Positions 40,096 through 49,621 of a DNA stretch of 64,000 nt are shown one piece after another. This stretch comes from Rhodothermales bacterium (GTDB taxonomy: Bacteria; Bacteroidota; Rhodothermia; Rhodothermales; JANQRZ01): contig OZ244038.1 of assembly GCA_965215145.1 (NCBI GenBank), positions 1,546,966-1,610,965 of the forward strand, written 5' to 3'. The notes under the pieces were generated by a model that was given only the letters and a program-made list of their open reading frames with translations, was not told the origin of the DNA and ran no database searches. The first letter of the stretch is position 1. Every line of letters begins with the position of its first letter. The translations under genes and the position numbers were made by a program.

Positions 40096-40898
40096 AACCG
40101 CTCGAGCTCGCCTCGCCTGTCCTGCTCCTCGTCCTTACCTCGGCGCTGGCCGGGTGCTCGCTCTTCGGAGGCGGCGACGGCGGCCTCGCGCCGATCACGG
40201 GCGACCTCCGGGTCGCCGTCACCGAGCAGATCCACGACGGCCTCGCCCTTGGGGGGACGGCCGACCCCCGCCTCGAACTCCGCGTGCAGAGTGACGAGCG
40301 CTACGACTGCGACGGTGGGAGCCTCGTCACCCGGTTCGAGCGGCGCGGCGAGCAGCTGCGGCTCGCCGTCCGGGGCCGCTCGATCCCGGACGGGATCTGC
40401 ATCCATTCGGTCGGACCGGCTACGGCGCGCGTCGACCTCGACCTGCCGGCGGGGACCTACACGCTGGCGCTCGAAGCCCGTGGCCGCACCGACCGCTACA
40501 CGCTGGAAATCACCCCTGACGTGATCCGGCTGACCCCCGTTGAGGTGGCGGTGAGCGAGCCGGAGTACGAGGCGGCCCGGCGGGTGCCGGAGCACTCCTT
40601 CGGGCTCTACTGCTCGGGCCGCGCCGCCGACGCCGAGGCGCCCTGCGCTGAGCTGATCGCGGAGCTGCGCTCGGCGGCGGACCTGGAGGAGGTCACGCCG
40701 CCGGAGGAGGGCTTCTGGCCGTACCCGCTCTATCCGCTAGACTCGGCGCTCCTCTCGCCCCGCTTCTTCCGCGCCCGGACGGCGGAGGACCTGGAGGCGG
40801 CGCAGCGGCGGATCGCGGATTACCCCGCACCCACGGGGGCGTCGATCTACGCCATCACGTGGCGCGGCGGGATCGTGGACGCTGACCAGGGCCGCTGA
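40092..40898 (+). CDS. Hypothetical lipoprotein (two domains)
   Basis: Lipobox LAGC. ATGA overlap with the upstream gene. Paralogous to 40902-41384. Confidence 0.7.
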   Translation: MKPLELASPVLLLVLTSALAGCSLFGGGDGGLAPITGDLRVAVTEQIHDGLALGGTADPRLELRVQSDERYDCDGGSLVTRFERRGEQLRLAVRGRSIPDGICIHSVGPATARVDLDLPAGTYTLALEARGRTDRYTLEITPDVIRLTPVEVAVSEPEYEAARRVPEHSFGLYCSGRAADAEAPCAELIAELRSAADLEEVTPPEEGFWPYPLYPLDSALLSPRFFRARTAEDLEAAQRRIADYPAPTGASIYAITWRGGIVDADQGR

Positions 40899-40901
40899 CC
40901 G

Positions 40902-41384
40902 ATGCGTCGGCTCACCCTGCTGTTCCCTGTCTTGATCCCCGCTCTGGCGCTGGGATGGGCCGGCTGCTCGCTGTTCGATGGCGACGACGAGGAGCTGCTC
41001 CCGATCCCGGAGCGGCTCACCGTCGGGCTACAGCGGCCCGATGCCGTCCCGGAGGAGGTTAGTCCCAGGGCCGCGTTCCTCCGCCTGCGCTCGGAGGACG
41101 ACTACAGGTGCCTCGGTTACCGGATCGCCACGCGGCTCAGCTTCGACGGGGAGATCCTCCGGCTGGAGGTCCGCGGCGTCGAAGAGCCGGAGGGAGGCTG
41201 CTACACGGCACTCGGCCCGGCCGAGTTTTCTACCTATCTCGAACTGGGCGAGGGGGCCTACGGGCTCTATATCGAGACGGATGATCGCACCGACCGCTAC
41301 CGGCTAGAGATCGCGGCCGACGCCGTCCGGCTGATCCCCGAAGAGACCTCGTTCACCGCGCCGGAGCCGGGGGAGGGGGGATGA
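40902..41384 (+). CDS. Hypothetical lipoprotein, paralogue of the upstream gene's N-terminal domain
   Basis: WAGCSLF lipobox. Shares YxC, LRLxVRG, CxxxxGPA and RTDRYxLEI with the upstream gene. Confidence 0.72.
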   Translation: MRRLTLLFPVLIPALALGWAGCSLFDGDDEELLPIPERLTVGLQRPDAVPEEVSPRAAFLRLRSEDDYRCLGYRIATRLSFDGEILRLEVRGVEEPEGGCYTALGPAEFSTYLELGEGAYGLYIETDDRTDRYRLEIAADAVRLIPEETSFTAPEPGEGG

Positions 41385-42100
41385 AGCGCGACGACCGGAT
41401 CGGCCTCGGGGTGAGCCTCGGGCTCCACGCCCTGCTCCTCGCCGTGTTCGCCCTCTCGGTGGCGGCGCGCGAGCCGGAGCCGCTGGGGCTCGTCGAGGTC
41501 GAGTTCGGCCCCATCGAGCGGGCGCAGCCGGCGGCCCCCGCGCCCACCCCCCGCCCCGCGCCCACCCAGCCCGAGCCGCAGCCCGATCCGCCCGCGCCGC
41601 GCCCCACGCCGCCCGCGCCGGTGGACCTCCCCGACCGCCGCGACACCCCCGAGCCCGACCGGCTCCCACCACCGGAGCCCGAGGAGACCGTAGCCCCGCC
41701 CGCGCCGCCGCAGCCACAGAACCCGCCCGCCGAGCCCGATCCGCAGGAAGAAACCGGCGGCAATCCCGAGGGCGAGGCCGGCTCCTCCTCTGACACGGGC
41801 GACCCCGGCCCGGCCCCCGCCCGCCGCGCACCGTTCGACATCGAGGGGCTGAACCGGACGTTGGAGGGGAGCCCCGCGCTCCCGCAGAACCCCGGCGTCC
41901 GCGCCTCCTCCGAGGTCACCGTCTGCGTCCGCCCCGACGGGAGCGTAGCGCGGGCCTACCCGGAGCGGCTCTCCGGCGTCCCCGGCCTCGACGCGCGCGC
42001 CGCCGCGGCGGTGAAGCGGTGGCGGTTCAACCGGCTCCCCCCCGCCGCCCCCCAGGCCGAACAGTGCGGCACGGTGACGTTCCGGTTCACGCTGGAATGA
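41381..42100 (+). CDS. TonB-family energy transducer
   Basis: N-terminal TM with SxxxH, Pro/Glu-rich linker, C-terminal V.PDG...AVKRWRF...GTVTFRF. Confidence 0.85.
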   Translation: MKRDDRIGLGVSLGLHALLLAVFALSVAAREPEPLGLVEVEFGPIERAQPAAPAPTPRPAPTQPEPQPDPPAPRPTPPAPVDLPDRRDTPEPDRLPPPEPEETVAPPAPPQPQNPPAEPDPQEETGGNPEGEAGSSSDTGDPGPAPARRAPFDIEGLNRTLEGSPALPQNPGVRASSEVTVCVRPDGSVARAYPERLSGVPGLDARAAAAVKRWRFNRLPPAAPQAEQCGTVTFRFTLE

Positions 42101-42347
42101 TGGGAGGGGGCCAGGCTGTGAATGGGAGGTGGTAGGGTGTGGATTGAGCCCCCACCATCCACTACCGTGCAGGATGCTTGATCGTGAGCCCGCGGTCAGA
42201 CCCCCTGCCGCGCTTGCGCCGCCTGCGGCTCAGGGCAACGTAAGCGGGGGGTGGAGCTCACGAGCAAAGGCCCCTCACGCTAGCTACCCTCCGCCATCCC
42301 CTGTCCACCCTCAGCTACCCACTGCACCACAGGACGCGCACCGCGCC

Positions 42348-44048
42348 TCACAGCTCCACGAACACCTCGGCGCGGACGAACAGCCGGTCCTCAGCGCTGC
42401 CGTCCCACCGCTGGTAGTCCCCTAGCAGCGCGAGGCCGATGTCGCGCACGGGCTCCCACACGAGCCGCGCGGTGACGCCGGGGCCGCGGAACACGTCGCC
42501 TGCGAGGAACACCTTGTTCATCTCCGAGAACGGCGGCTGCCGCCCGTCCGTCACGTCGCCGCCGACGTTTTCGATGACGGTTCCGGTCTCGGGGTCCACG
42601 GGGTTCTCGCCGCGGCGGGCGTAACGGCCGACTACCTCGGCGCGGACGCGGTGGGGGAGCCACGACCGGAGCCCCACGGCCCACTGGTCGGCGTTCGGCC
42701 CGAGGGGGTGGCCGAGGGAGAAGCCGTTGTGCGTGTACGAGTTGTAGAACGAGCCGTCAAGTAAAAAGCGGTGGGTGTAGACGAACGGCTCGATCCGGGT
42801 GTACTCGACCCACCCGAGCGCCGGCCCGGCCGTCACGCCGAGCCCCGCCTGCACCGCCCACTTGTTGTTGTACGAGTTCTGCCCAAACTGCCCGAAGTCG
42901 AGGTCGTCGGCGAGGAACGTCCCGTAGAGCTCGACGCGGTCGAGCGGACGGAGGACGCCTTCGAGGGCGAACAGCGTGTTGTCGCGGTCCCAGAGCGCGT
43001 GCTCGGCCGTTTTGAACGGGTTGAGCGGGTTGAGGTAGGCGAGCTCCGGCCCGCGCCGGCCGTAGACGACCATCTCGGAGAACGCGAGGCTCAGCCGCCG
43101 CCAGGGGTTCACCGTCAGGCGGTGCACGGCGAGGTAGCGCTCCGGCCCCAGGAGCACGCCGTCGCCGTCGTCCCCCTCCCGCACGAACGCCCGGTCGCCG
43201 ATGGCGGCGTGGAGGAAGTGGTACTGCACGGCGCGGGTGTCCAACCCAAGCCGAACGTAGCCGAAGTGGTCGGCGGCGCCGGAGAGCACGAGCGGCTGCC
43301 CGAACGAGGCGCCCGCCACGAGGCTCGCCCACCCAACCTCGGCGGAGAACGTCGCGCCGCCGGCCGTGCCGGGACGGTTCGCCACGCGCAGCGAGGCCGT
43401 CGAGCGATCGAAGCTGCCGGGCGGGATGTCCTGCCGGCCGACGTAGTAAAGCGAGGCGAGGGTGGGGTCGCTCTGGAGCACGCGGGTGTCGCCGGCCACC
43501 TGGAGCCCATCGAACGTGCCGCTGTAGAAGCCGACGATGCCACGCCAATGGCCCTGGAGGACGCCCTCCGGGACGAGGGCCAGCCCGCGGTACGGCTCGC
43601 CCTCGTCAGCCAGCCGGAGCTGCCCGCGGCCGACGGCGCTGAGCGCCACGCGCCAGTCCTCCGAGCGGTGGTAGTAGAGGAACTTCTCGGTCTCCGCCCC
43701 GAGCGGCAGCCCGATCCGCCCGCCCGGCCCGATCACCGCCTCGATAGCCTCTGGGGGCTCGAAGAACTCGCGGCGGTAGCGCGCCAGCCAGTCGCGGGAG
43801 AAGGCGTCCAGCGCCACGCCGGCGCCGCTCCGCTCGTCGAGCCGGTCGAGGTGGGTTTGGATGCGGGCGCGGCCAAGGGGGCGGAGCTCATGGCGGTACT
43901 CGGGGAGGAGGCCCCGGACGCGCTGCTGGTGCAGGAACTCGTAGACCGGGTGCTCGGCCGGCACGATCTCCGGCTGCGCCGAGGCGTCGGGCGCGACGAG
44001 CGGCGTCAGGAGGGCAACGAGAAGAGCAGGGGCGAGGCGGAGCCGCAT
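42348..44048 (-). CDS. Capsule assembly Wzi-like outer membrane protein (second paralogue)
   Basis: HPVYEFL, YLNPLNPF, DNTLF, EYTRIEPFVY and LGHPLGPNAD. Confidence 0.72.
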   Translation of the reverse strand: MRLRLAPALLVALLTPLVAPDASAQPEIVPAEHPVYEFLHQQRVRGLLPEYRHELRPLGRARIQTHLDRLDERSGAGVALDAFSRDWLARYRREFFEPPEAIEAVIGPGGRIGLPLGAETEKFLYYHRSEDWRVALSAVGRGQLRLADEGEPYRGLALVPEGVLQGHWRGIVGFYSGTFDGLQVAGDTRVLQSDPTLASLYYVGRQDIPPGSFDRSTASLRVANRPGTAGGATFSAEVGWASLVAGASFGQPLVLSGAADHFGYVRLGLDTRAVQYHFLHAAIGDRAFVREGDDGDGVLLGPERYLAVHRLTVNPWRRLSLAFSEMVVYGRRGPELAYLNPLNPFKTAEHALWDRDNTLFALEGVLRPLDRVELYGTFLADDLDFGQFGQNSYNNKWAVQAGLGVTAGPALGWVEYTRIEPFVYTHRFLLDGSFYNSYTHNGFSLGHPLGPNADQWAVGLRSWLPHRVRAEVVGRYARRGENPVDPETGTVIENVGGDVTDGRQPPFSEMNKVFLAGDVFRGPGVTARLVWEPVRDIGLALLGDYQRWDGSAEDRLFVRAEVFVEL

Positions 44049-44170
44049 ATGCAGGGGGAGGAGTAGGCGAACCGGCGCGCGGAAGCTATCCCCGCCGCCG
44101 TCACCGGGCAACGCACGCCGCCGTGCCCGTCACGCACAGAGCCGTGGGGGTGGGGATTTTTTCGCCCTGC

Positions 44171-44199
44171 TTGCAGAGGTCAGGCGGGTGAGCTACCTT
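44171..44199 (+). promoter_or_regulatory. Possible sigma70 promoter for the wcaJ-like gene
   Basis: TTGCAG-N17-TACCTT. Confidence 0.35.
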
Positions 44200-44284
44200 G
44201 TCGTGAGTAATTCGTGACCCCTCCTCCTCCCCGCAGGCCCTATCCGCTAGCTTGCTACGCGCGTAAACCACCTCAGCCGCGCCT

Positions 44285-45868
44285 GTGGCACGCCACGTCG
44301 AACGGCTCGCCCTCGTCCTGACGGACGCGGCGGCCCTCCTGCTCGCCTTCTTCGGATTCCGGCTCGCCCAGGGAGTCCTCGGCCTCGGTACCCCCGTCGG
44401 ATCCGCCGGGGAGACGTTCGCGCTGCCGCCGGTGGCGCTGCTCGGGGGGTTCTGGTTCGTGCTCTTCCTCTTCGCGGGGCTCTACCGCGAGCGCTACGCG
44501 GCCAGCAGGTTCGACGAGTTCGTGACGGTGCTGAAGGTGACGACCGTGGGGACGCTGCTGCTGTTCTTCCTCCTCTTCATCGACCGGCTCGACGCCGTCG
44601 CGGCGCGGGAGGGCGTCGTCGGGTACTGGGCGCTGATGCTGGTCTTCGTCGGCGGCGCGCGGTTCGCGTTCCGCAGCGTGCAGAAGGCGCTCATCCTCCG
44701 GGGCCGCGGCGTCCACCGCGCCGTGATCGTGGGGTGGAGCGGGGAGGTCGAGGGCGTGCTCCGCGAGGTCCAGCGCTACCCCGAGGCCGGCCTCCGCGTG
44801 GTCGGCGCCGTGCGCCTCCTGGCCGAGCCGATGCCGGAGCTCGTCGTGCCGGCGCAGGGCGCGTCGGCCGGGCCGCCTCTGGGGCCGCGGCCTGAGAACG
44901 GGCCTCCGAACGGGCCCCCGGCTGCGGACGAGCCGCCGGCGCAGTACGTCGGCGGCGACGGCGTGGCCCGCGTCATCGCCCACGGCGACGACACCCCGGC
45001 CTTCGACTCCGACGGCCTCTCGACGACCGTCCACACCATCGCGGCGCTGCCCCGCCTCATCGACCGGCTCGGCGTGCAGGACGTGCTGATCGCCCTCGGC
45101 TCCGGCGACCACGCCTACCTCGACGAGGTGCTCCGCGTCTGCGACGGAAAGACCGCCCGCGACGGCCGGCCGGTCGCGCTCAAGCTCGTCCCGGACTTCT
45201 ACTACGCCGTCGGGGGGATGGCGCGGACGGAGCACATGTACGGGCTCCCGCTGATCGAGGTGCTGCCGGTCCCGACGCCGGCGTGGGAGCGCCACGCCAA
45301 GCGGCTCATCGACGTCGTGGTGAGCCTGACGGTGCTCACGGCCGGGCTCCCGCTGTGGCTCGCCGTCGGCGCGCTCGTGAGCCTCACCTCGCTCGGCCCC
45401 GCCATCTACCGCCAGACCCGGATCGGCCAGCAGGGGCGGCCCTTCACGATGCTGAAGTTCCGCACGATGGAGCACGACGCCGAGCGCGACACCGGCCCCG
45501 TCTGGGCCGCGAAGGACGACCAGCGCTCGACGCCCCTCGGCCGCCGCCTCCGCGCGCTCCGCCTCGACGAGATCCCCCAGCTCGTGAACGTCCTCGCGGG
45601 CGACATGAGCCTCGTCGGGCCACGCCCGGAGCGGCCGTTCTTCGTCGAGAAGCTCGTCCGCGAGATCCCCCTCTACAGCCGCCGCCACCGCGTCAAGCCC
45701 GGCGTGACGGGGCTGGCCCAGGTGAAGTGGCGCTACGACCAGGACCTCGAGGACGTCCGGCAGAAGCTGAAGTACGACCTGTTCTACATCGAGAACATGA
45801 GCCTGCGGATGGACATCCAGGTGCTGCTCCAGACCGTCCGCGCCGCCCTCTCGCAGAAGGGGCAATAG
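44285..45868 (+). CDS. Polyprenyl-phosphate glycosylphosphotransferase (WcaJ/WbaP family priming sugar transferase)
   Basis: KRLIDV, LKFRTM, LDEIPQL.NVL.GDMSLVGPRPER, KPGVTGLAQV and DLFYIEN. Confidence 0.94.
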   Translation: MARHVERLALVLTDAAALLLAFFGFRLAQGVLGLGTPVGSAGETFALPPVALLGGFWFVLFLFAGLYRERYAASRFDEFVTVLKVTTVGTLLLFFLLFIDRLDAVAAREGVVGYWALMLVFVGGARFAFRSVQKALILRGRGVHRAVIVGWSGEVEGVLREVQRYPEAGLRVVGAVRLLAEPMPELVVPAQGASAGPPLGPRPENGPPNGPPAADEPPAQYVGGDGVARVIAHGDDTPAFDSDGLSTTVHTIAALPRLIDRLGVQDVLIALGSGDHAYLDEVLRVCDGKTARDGRPVALKLVPDFYYAVGGMARTEHMYGLPLIEVLPVPTPAWERHAKRLIDVVVSLTVLTAGLPLWLAVGALVSLTSLGPAIYRQTRIGQQGRPFTMLKFRTMEHDAERDTGPVWAAKDDQRSTPLGRRLRALRLDEIPQLVNVLAGDMSLVGPRPERPFFVEKLVREIPLYSRRHRVKPGVTGLAQVKWRYDQDLEDVRQKLKYDLFYIENMSLRMDIQVLLQTVRAALSQKGQ

Positions 45869-45939
45869 GCAGCGCGCAGCGAGCAGAGGCGGGGGAAGAC
45901 CCGGCCGCGCCCGCCTCGGTGACGACCGTCTCTGTGGCC

Positions 45940-46011
45940 GTAGGGGCGCGATACATCGCGCCCTTCCGGAGGCCGACTGCAGTGCAGGGCAGGCACAAGG
46001 CCCGCCCCTAC
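45940..46011. repeat. Inverted REP doublet between convergent genes
   Basis: gtaggggcgcgatacatcgcgccct ... gggcaggcacaaggcccgcccctac. Confidence 0.8.
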
Positions 46012-46024
46012 GGAAGGAGGACGT

Positions 46025-47020
46025 CTACGCTTCCGCCTCCACGAGCCGCCGGATCAGCTCGACGGCGGTGATGCCCTCGGCCTCGGCGTTGAAGTTCGGG
46101 ACGATCCGGTGGCGCAGCACGGGCAGGGCCATCCGGTCCACGTCCTCGGCCAGCGGCGTCAGCCGGCCGTCGAGCAGCGCGCGGGCCTTCGCGCCGAGGA
46201 TGAGGTACTGGGAGGCGCGCGGGCCGGCGCCGTAACTGAGGTAGGCGTTCACGAAGCCCGGCGCGCCGTCGCGGTTCGGGCGCGTCCGGGCGACGAGGCG
46301 GACGGCGTGCTCGATCACGTTGTCGGCGACCGGCACGTTGCGCACGAGCTGCTGGTAGGCGAGTAGCTCCTCGCGCTCCAGCACGGGCCGGACGGCCTCC
46401 GGCGCCGCCCCCGTCGTATTCCGCACCACGGCGACCTCCTCGGTGAACGAGGGGTAGTCGAGCCAGAGGTTCAGCATGAACCGGTCGAGCTGGGCCTCGG
46501 GGAGCGGGTAGGTGCCCTCCTGCTCGATGGGGTTCTGCGTGGCGAGCACGAAGAACGGCTCCTCCAGCCGGAACGTCTGTCCGCCGGCGGTGACGCGGTG
46601 CTCCTGCATCGCCTCCAGCAGCGCGGCCTGCGTCTTCGGCGGCGTCCGGTTCACCTCGTCGGCGAGGACGATGTGGGCGAAGACCGGCCCCTTCATGAAC
46701 CGGAACTCGCGGTGCCCCGTCTGCCGGTTCTCCTCGATCACCTCGGTGCCGGTGATGTCACTCGGCATCAGGTCCGGAGTGAACTGGATCCGGCTGAAGT
46801 CGAGGTCGAGCGCCTGGGCGAGCGTCTGGATCAGCAGCGTCTTGGCGAGGCCGGGGACGCCGACGAGGAGGATGTGCCCCCGCGCCAGCAGCCCCACCAC
46901 GACGCCCTCGACGACGGCCTCCTGCCCCACGATCACCTTGCCCACCTCGCCGCGCAGCCGGGCGTAGGCGTCGCGGAGGTGCTCGACGGCGGCGGGCTCG
47001 GCGGGGTCGATGACGGGCAT
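46025..47020 (-). CDS. moxR: MoxR family AAA+ ATPase
   Basis: GVPGLAKT, RIQFTPDLMPSD, DEVNRTPPKTQ and ATQNPIEQEGTYPLPEAQLDRF. Confidence 0.96.
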   Translation of the reverse strand: MPVIDPAEPAAVEHLRDAYARLRGEVGKVIVGQEAVVEGVVVGLLARGHILLVGVPGLAKTLLIQTLAQALDLDFSRIQFTPDLMPSDITGTEVIEENRQTGHREFRFMKGPVFAHIVLADEVNRTPPKTQAALLEAMQEHRVTAGGQTFRLEEPFFVLATQNPIEQEGTYPLPEAQLDRFMLNLWLDYPSFTEEVAVVRNTTGAAPEAVRPVLEREELLAYQQLVRNVPVADNVIEHAVRLVARTRPNRDGAPGFVNAYLSYGAGPRASQYLILGAKARALLDGRLTPLAEDVDRMALPVLRHRIVPNFNAEAEGITAVELIRRLVEAEA

Positions 47021-47130
47021 AGAGAGGGGGGCGAGAGGGCGGAAGGGAGGGAGGGTGTGGAGGGGCAGGGCGAGGACAAACGGCTCAGCGTTCCCCTCCA
47101 TACTCCCCTTCCCCTCCACCCTCTCCAGCC

Positions 47131-48510
47131 TCAGAAGTCTGCGGAGAGCGCGCCGAGGTCGTCGGAGCAGTAGGTCGGGTCCTTGCAGGCGATGTAGACG
47201 TCGGCGCGGAGCTCCTCGGCCCAGCGGGCGAGCTCGCGCTGCCGCTTCTCCTGGAGTGCGAACTCCTCGATCAGCGGGTAGTCCGTCTCGAGCGAGAGCC
47301 GGTGGGGGGGGACGCGCCGTTCGAGCAGGGCGATGTGGTAGGCGCTCCGGCCGTCGAGGAGGTCCACCTCCGCGGGCTCGCTGATCTCGCCCACGGCGAG
47401 GGCGCCGAGCGTGGCCTGCCAGCGCGGCGAGAGCGCCTCGAAGCGGAGGTCGCGGTCCCCCGTCTGCGGGACGACGACGGCGCCGCCGCGGACGGCCGAG
47501 GGCTCGTCCTCCGAGAACTCCCGCGCTAGGCGGGCGAACGAGGCCCCGCCGGTGAGCACCGAGTCGCGGAGCATCGCGAGGGTCTCGACGGCGTCCGAGG
47601 GGTCGGTCTGCGTGTCGTCGACGCGGATCAGGACGTGGTTGAAGTCGACCACGTCGCCGCGGCGCTGGTTCAGGCGCATGACGTGGTAGCCGAACTCCGT
47701 CTCGAACGGCTGCGAGAGCTCGCCCGGCTGGAGCCGGCTGGCGACGGCGCCGAACTCCGGGACGAGGTCGCGGAGGTTGATCGCGGCGTAGCGCCCGCCC
47801 TGGCCGGCGGCGTTGCTGCCGGGGTCGTCGGAGTACCGCTCGGCCATCTCCTCGATGGTCGCGGCGGCCGTAGCGATGGAGTCGCGGATCGCGGCGACCT
47901 CGGCGCGGGCCTCGGCCTCGGCCGCGGGGTTCACCGTCGGGAACCGGACGATGTGCGAGACGCGGATGAGCTCGGGGACCTCGGGGATCGAGTCGGCGGG
48001 GATCTCCCGGAACCACTGGCGGACCTCCGGCGGCGTGATCCGCACGCGGAAGTACTCCCGCTGCTGGAAGCGCTGGGCGCGGAGCTGCCGCCGGACCTCG
48101 TCGCGGTAGTCCTCCTTGAGCTGGGCGAGGCTCTTGCCGTAGAGCTCCTCGACGGCCTCCTCGCTGCCGACCTGCCGGACGAGCTGGTCCGTGCGCTGGT
48201 CGAGCGCCTCGTTGACCTCGTCGGGCGTGACCTGCACCGTCGTGTCGCGCTCGGCGTGGGCGGCGACGACGCGTTGGCCCACGAGCTCGCGGAGGGCGGC
48301 CCGCCGCAGCTCGTCCGTGAGGGCGCCGCCGCGGGCGTACGTGAAGGCGAGGGCCTCGACGTCGGAGCGCAGGATCGGCTCCGTCCCAACCACGGCGACG
48401 ATGCCGTCAACGAGCTCGCCCTCGGCCTGCGCCGATGCCGGGCGGGCGAGCGCGAGGAGGGCAGCGAACCCCGAGGCGAGGAGGAGGACGGCGAGCAGGG
48501 ATCGGGGCAT
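47131..48510 (-). CDS. surA: SurA-like peptidyl-prolyl isomerase/chaperone
   Basis: VDGIVAVVG.EPILRSD N-domain and two parvulin domains (YSDDPGS, ETEFGYH, FSEDEPS). Confidence 0.85.
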   Translation of the reverse strand: MPRSLLAVLLLASGFAALLALARPASAQAEGELVDGIVAVVGTEPILRSDVEALAFTYARGGALTDELRRAALRELVGQRVVAAHAERDTTVQVTPDEVNEALDQRTDQLVRQVGSEEAVEELYGKSLAQLKEDYRDEVRRQLRAQRFQQREYFRVRITPPEVRQWFREIPADSIPEVPELIRVSHIVRFPTVNPAAEAEARAEVAAIRDSIATAAATIEEMAERYSDDPGSNAAGQGGRYAAINLRDLVPEFGAVASRLQPGELSQPFETEFGYHVMRLNQRRGDVVDFNHVLIRVDDTQTDPSDAVETLAMLRDSVLTGGASFARLAREFSEDEPSAVRGGAVVVPQTGDRDLRFEALSPRWQATLGALAVGEISEPAEVDLLDGRSAYHIALLERRVPPHRLSLETDYPLIEEFALQEKRQRELARWAEELRADVYIACKDPTYCSDDLGALSADF

Positions 48511-48646
48511 GGGAGGCGGGAACGTGAGCACGGGGTCGGTAACGCGGGGCCGGCGGGGATGCGTATGGTTGTTTCTGGAGGATGGTGGATAGAAGGTGGA
48601 GGATAGAGGGGGCGTCGGGCCGTCGCCATCTTCTACTCTCGATCCG

Positions 48647-49564
48647 CTACGACCCGTCCCCACGGGGCGATCCTGGGGGGGGCGCCGCGGTGCTGTCCGC
48701 GAGCGCCGGAGGACGGATGTCGAGCTCGCCGCGGGCCTCGGCCTCGGTGCGGAGGCGGCGGACCTCGCGGGCGACGGCGCTCTTGCGGGCCTGGATGGCG
48801 AGCTGCCGCCGGACCTCGTCCTCGACCCAGTCGAGCTCGGGCTCGGCGCCGGCGGGGACGCGCTCGACGAGCTGTACGACGAAGAACGTGCTGTCGGGCG
48901 TCGTCAGGACCGGGCTGACCTCGGCCCGCCCCATCTGCCCGACGATGGCCCACGGCCCCTGGCGGGTGAGGACGCTCTGCGGGACGAAGCTCGCCGCCAG
49001 CCCGAGCGACGCGGCGGTGTCGGCGGCGTAGCGCCGCGCCGTGACACCGAAGAGCGAGTCCCGCGCGGCGACGGTGCGGCCCGTCCGCATCGCGCGCTGC
49101 ATGGCGTCGCGGGCGGCCTGCGCCGCGTCGGCGTCGGTGGCCTCGACGAAGCGGACGCGGACGTAGGGCTCGCGCAGCCGGAGCCGCTCCCGGCTCCGCT
49201 CGAAGTACGCCTCGAGGTCGGCGCGGGAGAAGGCGCCGGGGTCCTCCTCGTAGAGCGCGCTGAGCGCGGCGTCGGCGAGGATGGCGCGCTCGCTGGCGGC
49301 GAGCTGGCGGCGGACCCCAGTGTGCTCGCGGAGCCCGCGGCGCTCGGCCTCGCGGGTGAGGAGCTGCGCCGTCACCCACTGCTCGATGAACTGCTCCCGC
49401 GCGGCCACGCTGTCCACCCCCCACGGCGTCGCCGAGAGCGCGTCGGCGAGGTCGGCCTCCGAGAGCACCGCCTCGCCGACGCGGGCGACGTAGTCCGCCT
49501 CGGCCGGCGCCGGCTCGGAGGCGCAGCCGGCGGCGAGGAGGGCGAGGAGGGCGAGGCGTCTCAT
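48647..49564 (-). CDS. Lipoprotein, degenerate PpiC-type foldase
   Basis: Lipobox AAGC, VARVGEAVL and FIEQWV. Lies between two PPIase genes. Confidence 0.75.
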   Translation of the reverse strand: MRRLALLALLAAGCASEPAPAEADYVARVGEAVLSEADLADALSATPWGVDSVAAREQFIEQWVTAQLLTREAERRGLREHTGVRRQLAASERAILADAALSALYEEDPGAFSRADLEAYFERSRERLRLREPYVRVRFVEATDADAAQAARDAMQRAMRTGRTVAARDSLFGVTARRYAADTAASLGLAASFVPQSVLTRQGPWAIVGQMGRAEVSPVLTTPDSTFFVVQLVERVPAGAEPELDWVEDEVRRQLAIQARKSAVAREVRRLRTEAEARGELDIRPPALADSTAAPPPGSPRGDGS

Positions 49565-49570
49565 AAACGG

Positions 49571-49598
49571 GTAGGGGCACGGCGCGCCGTGCCCCTAC
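49571..49598. repeat. GTAG-type REP palindrome
   Basis: gtaggggcacggcgcgccgtgcccctac, perfect. Confidence 0.88.
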
Positions 49599-49621
49599 GG
49601 AGGTGGGGATCGGGGCGGGCG

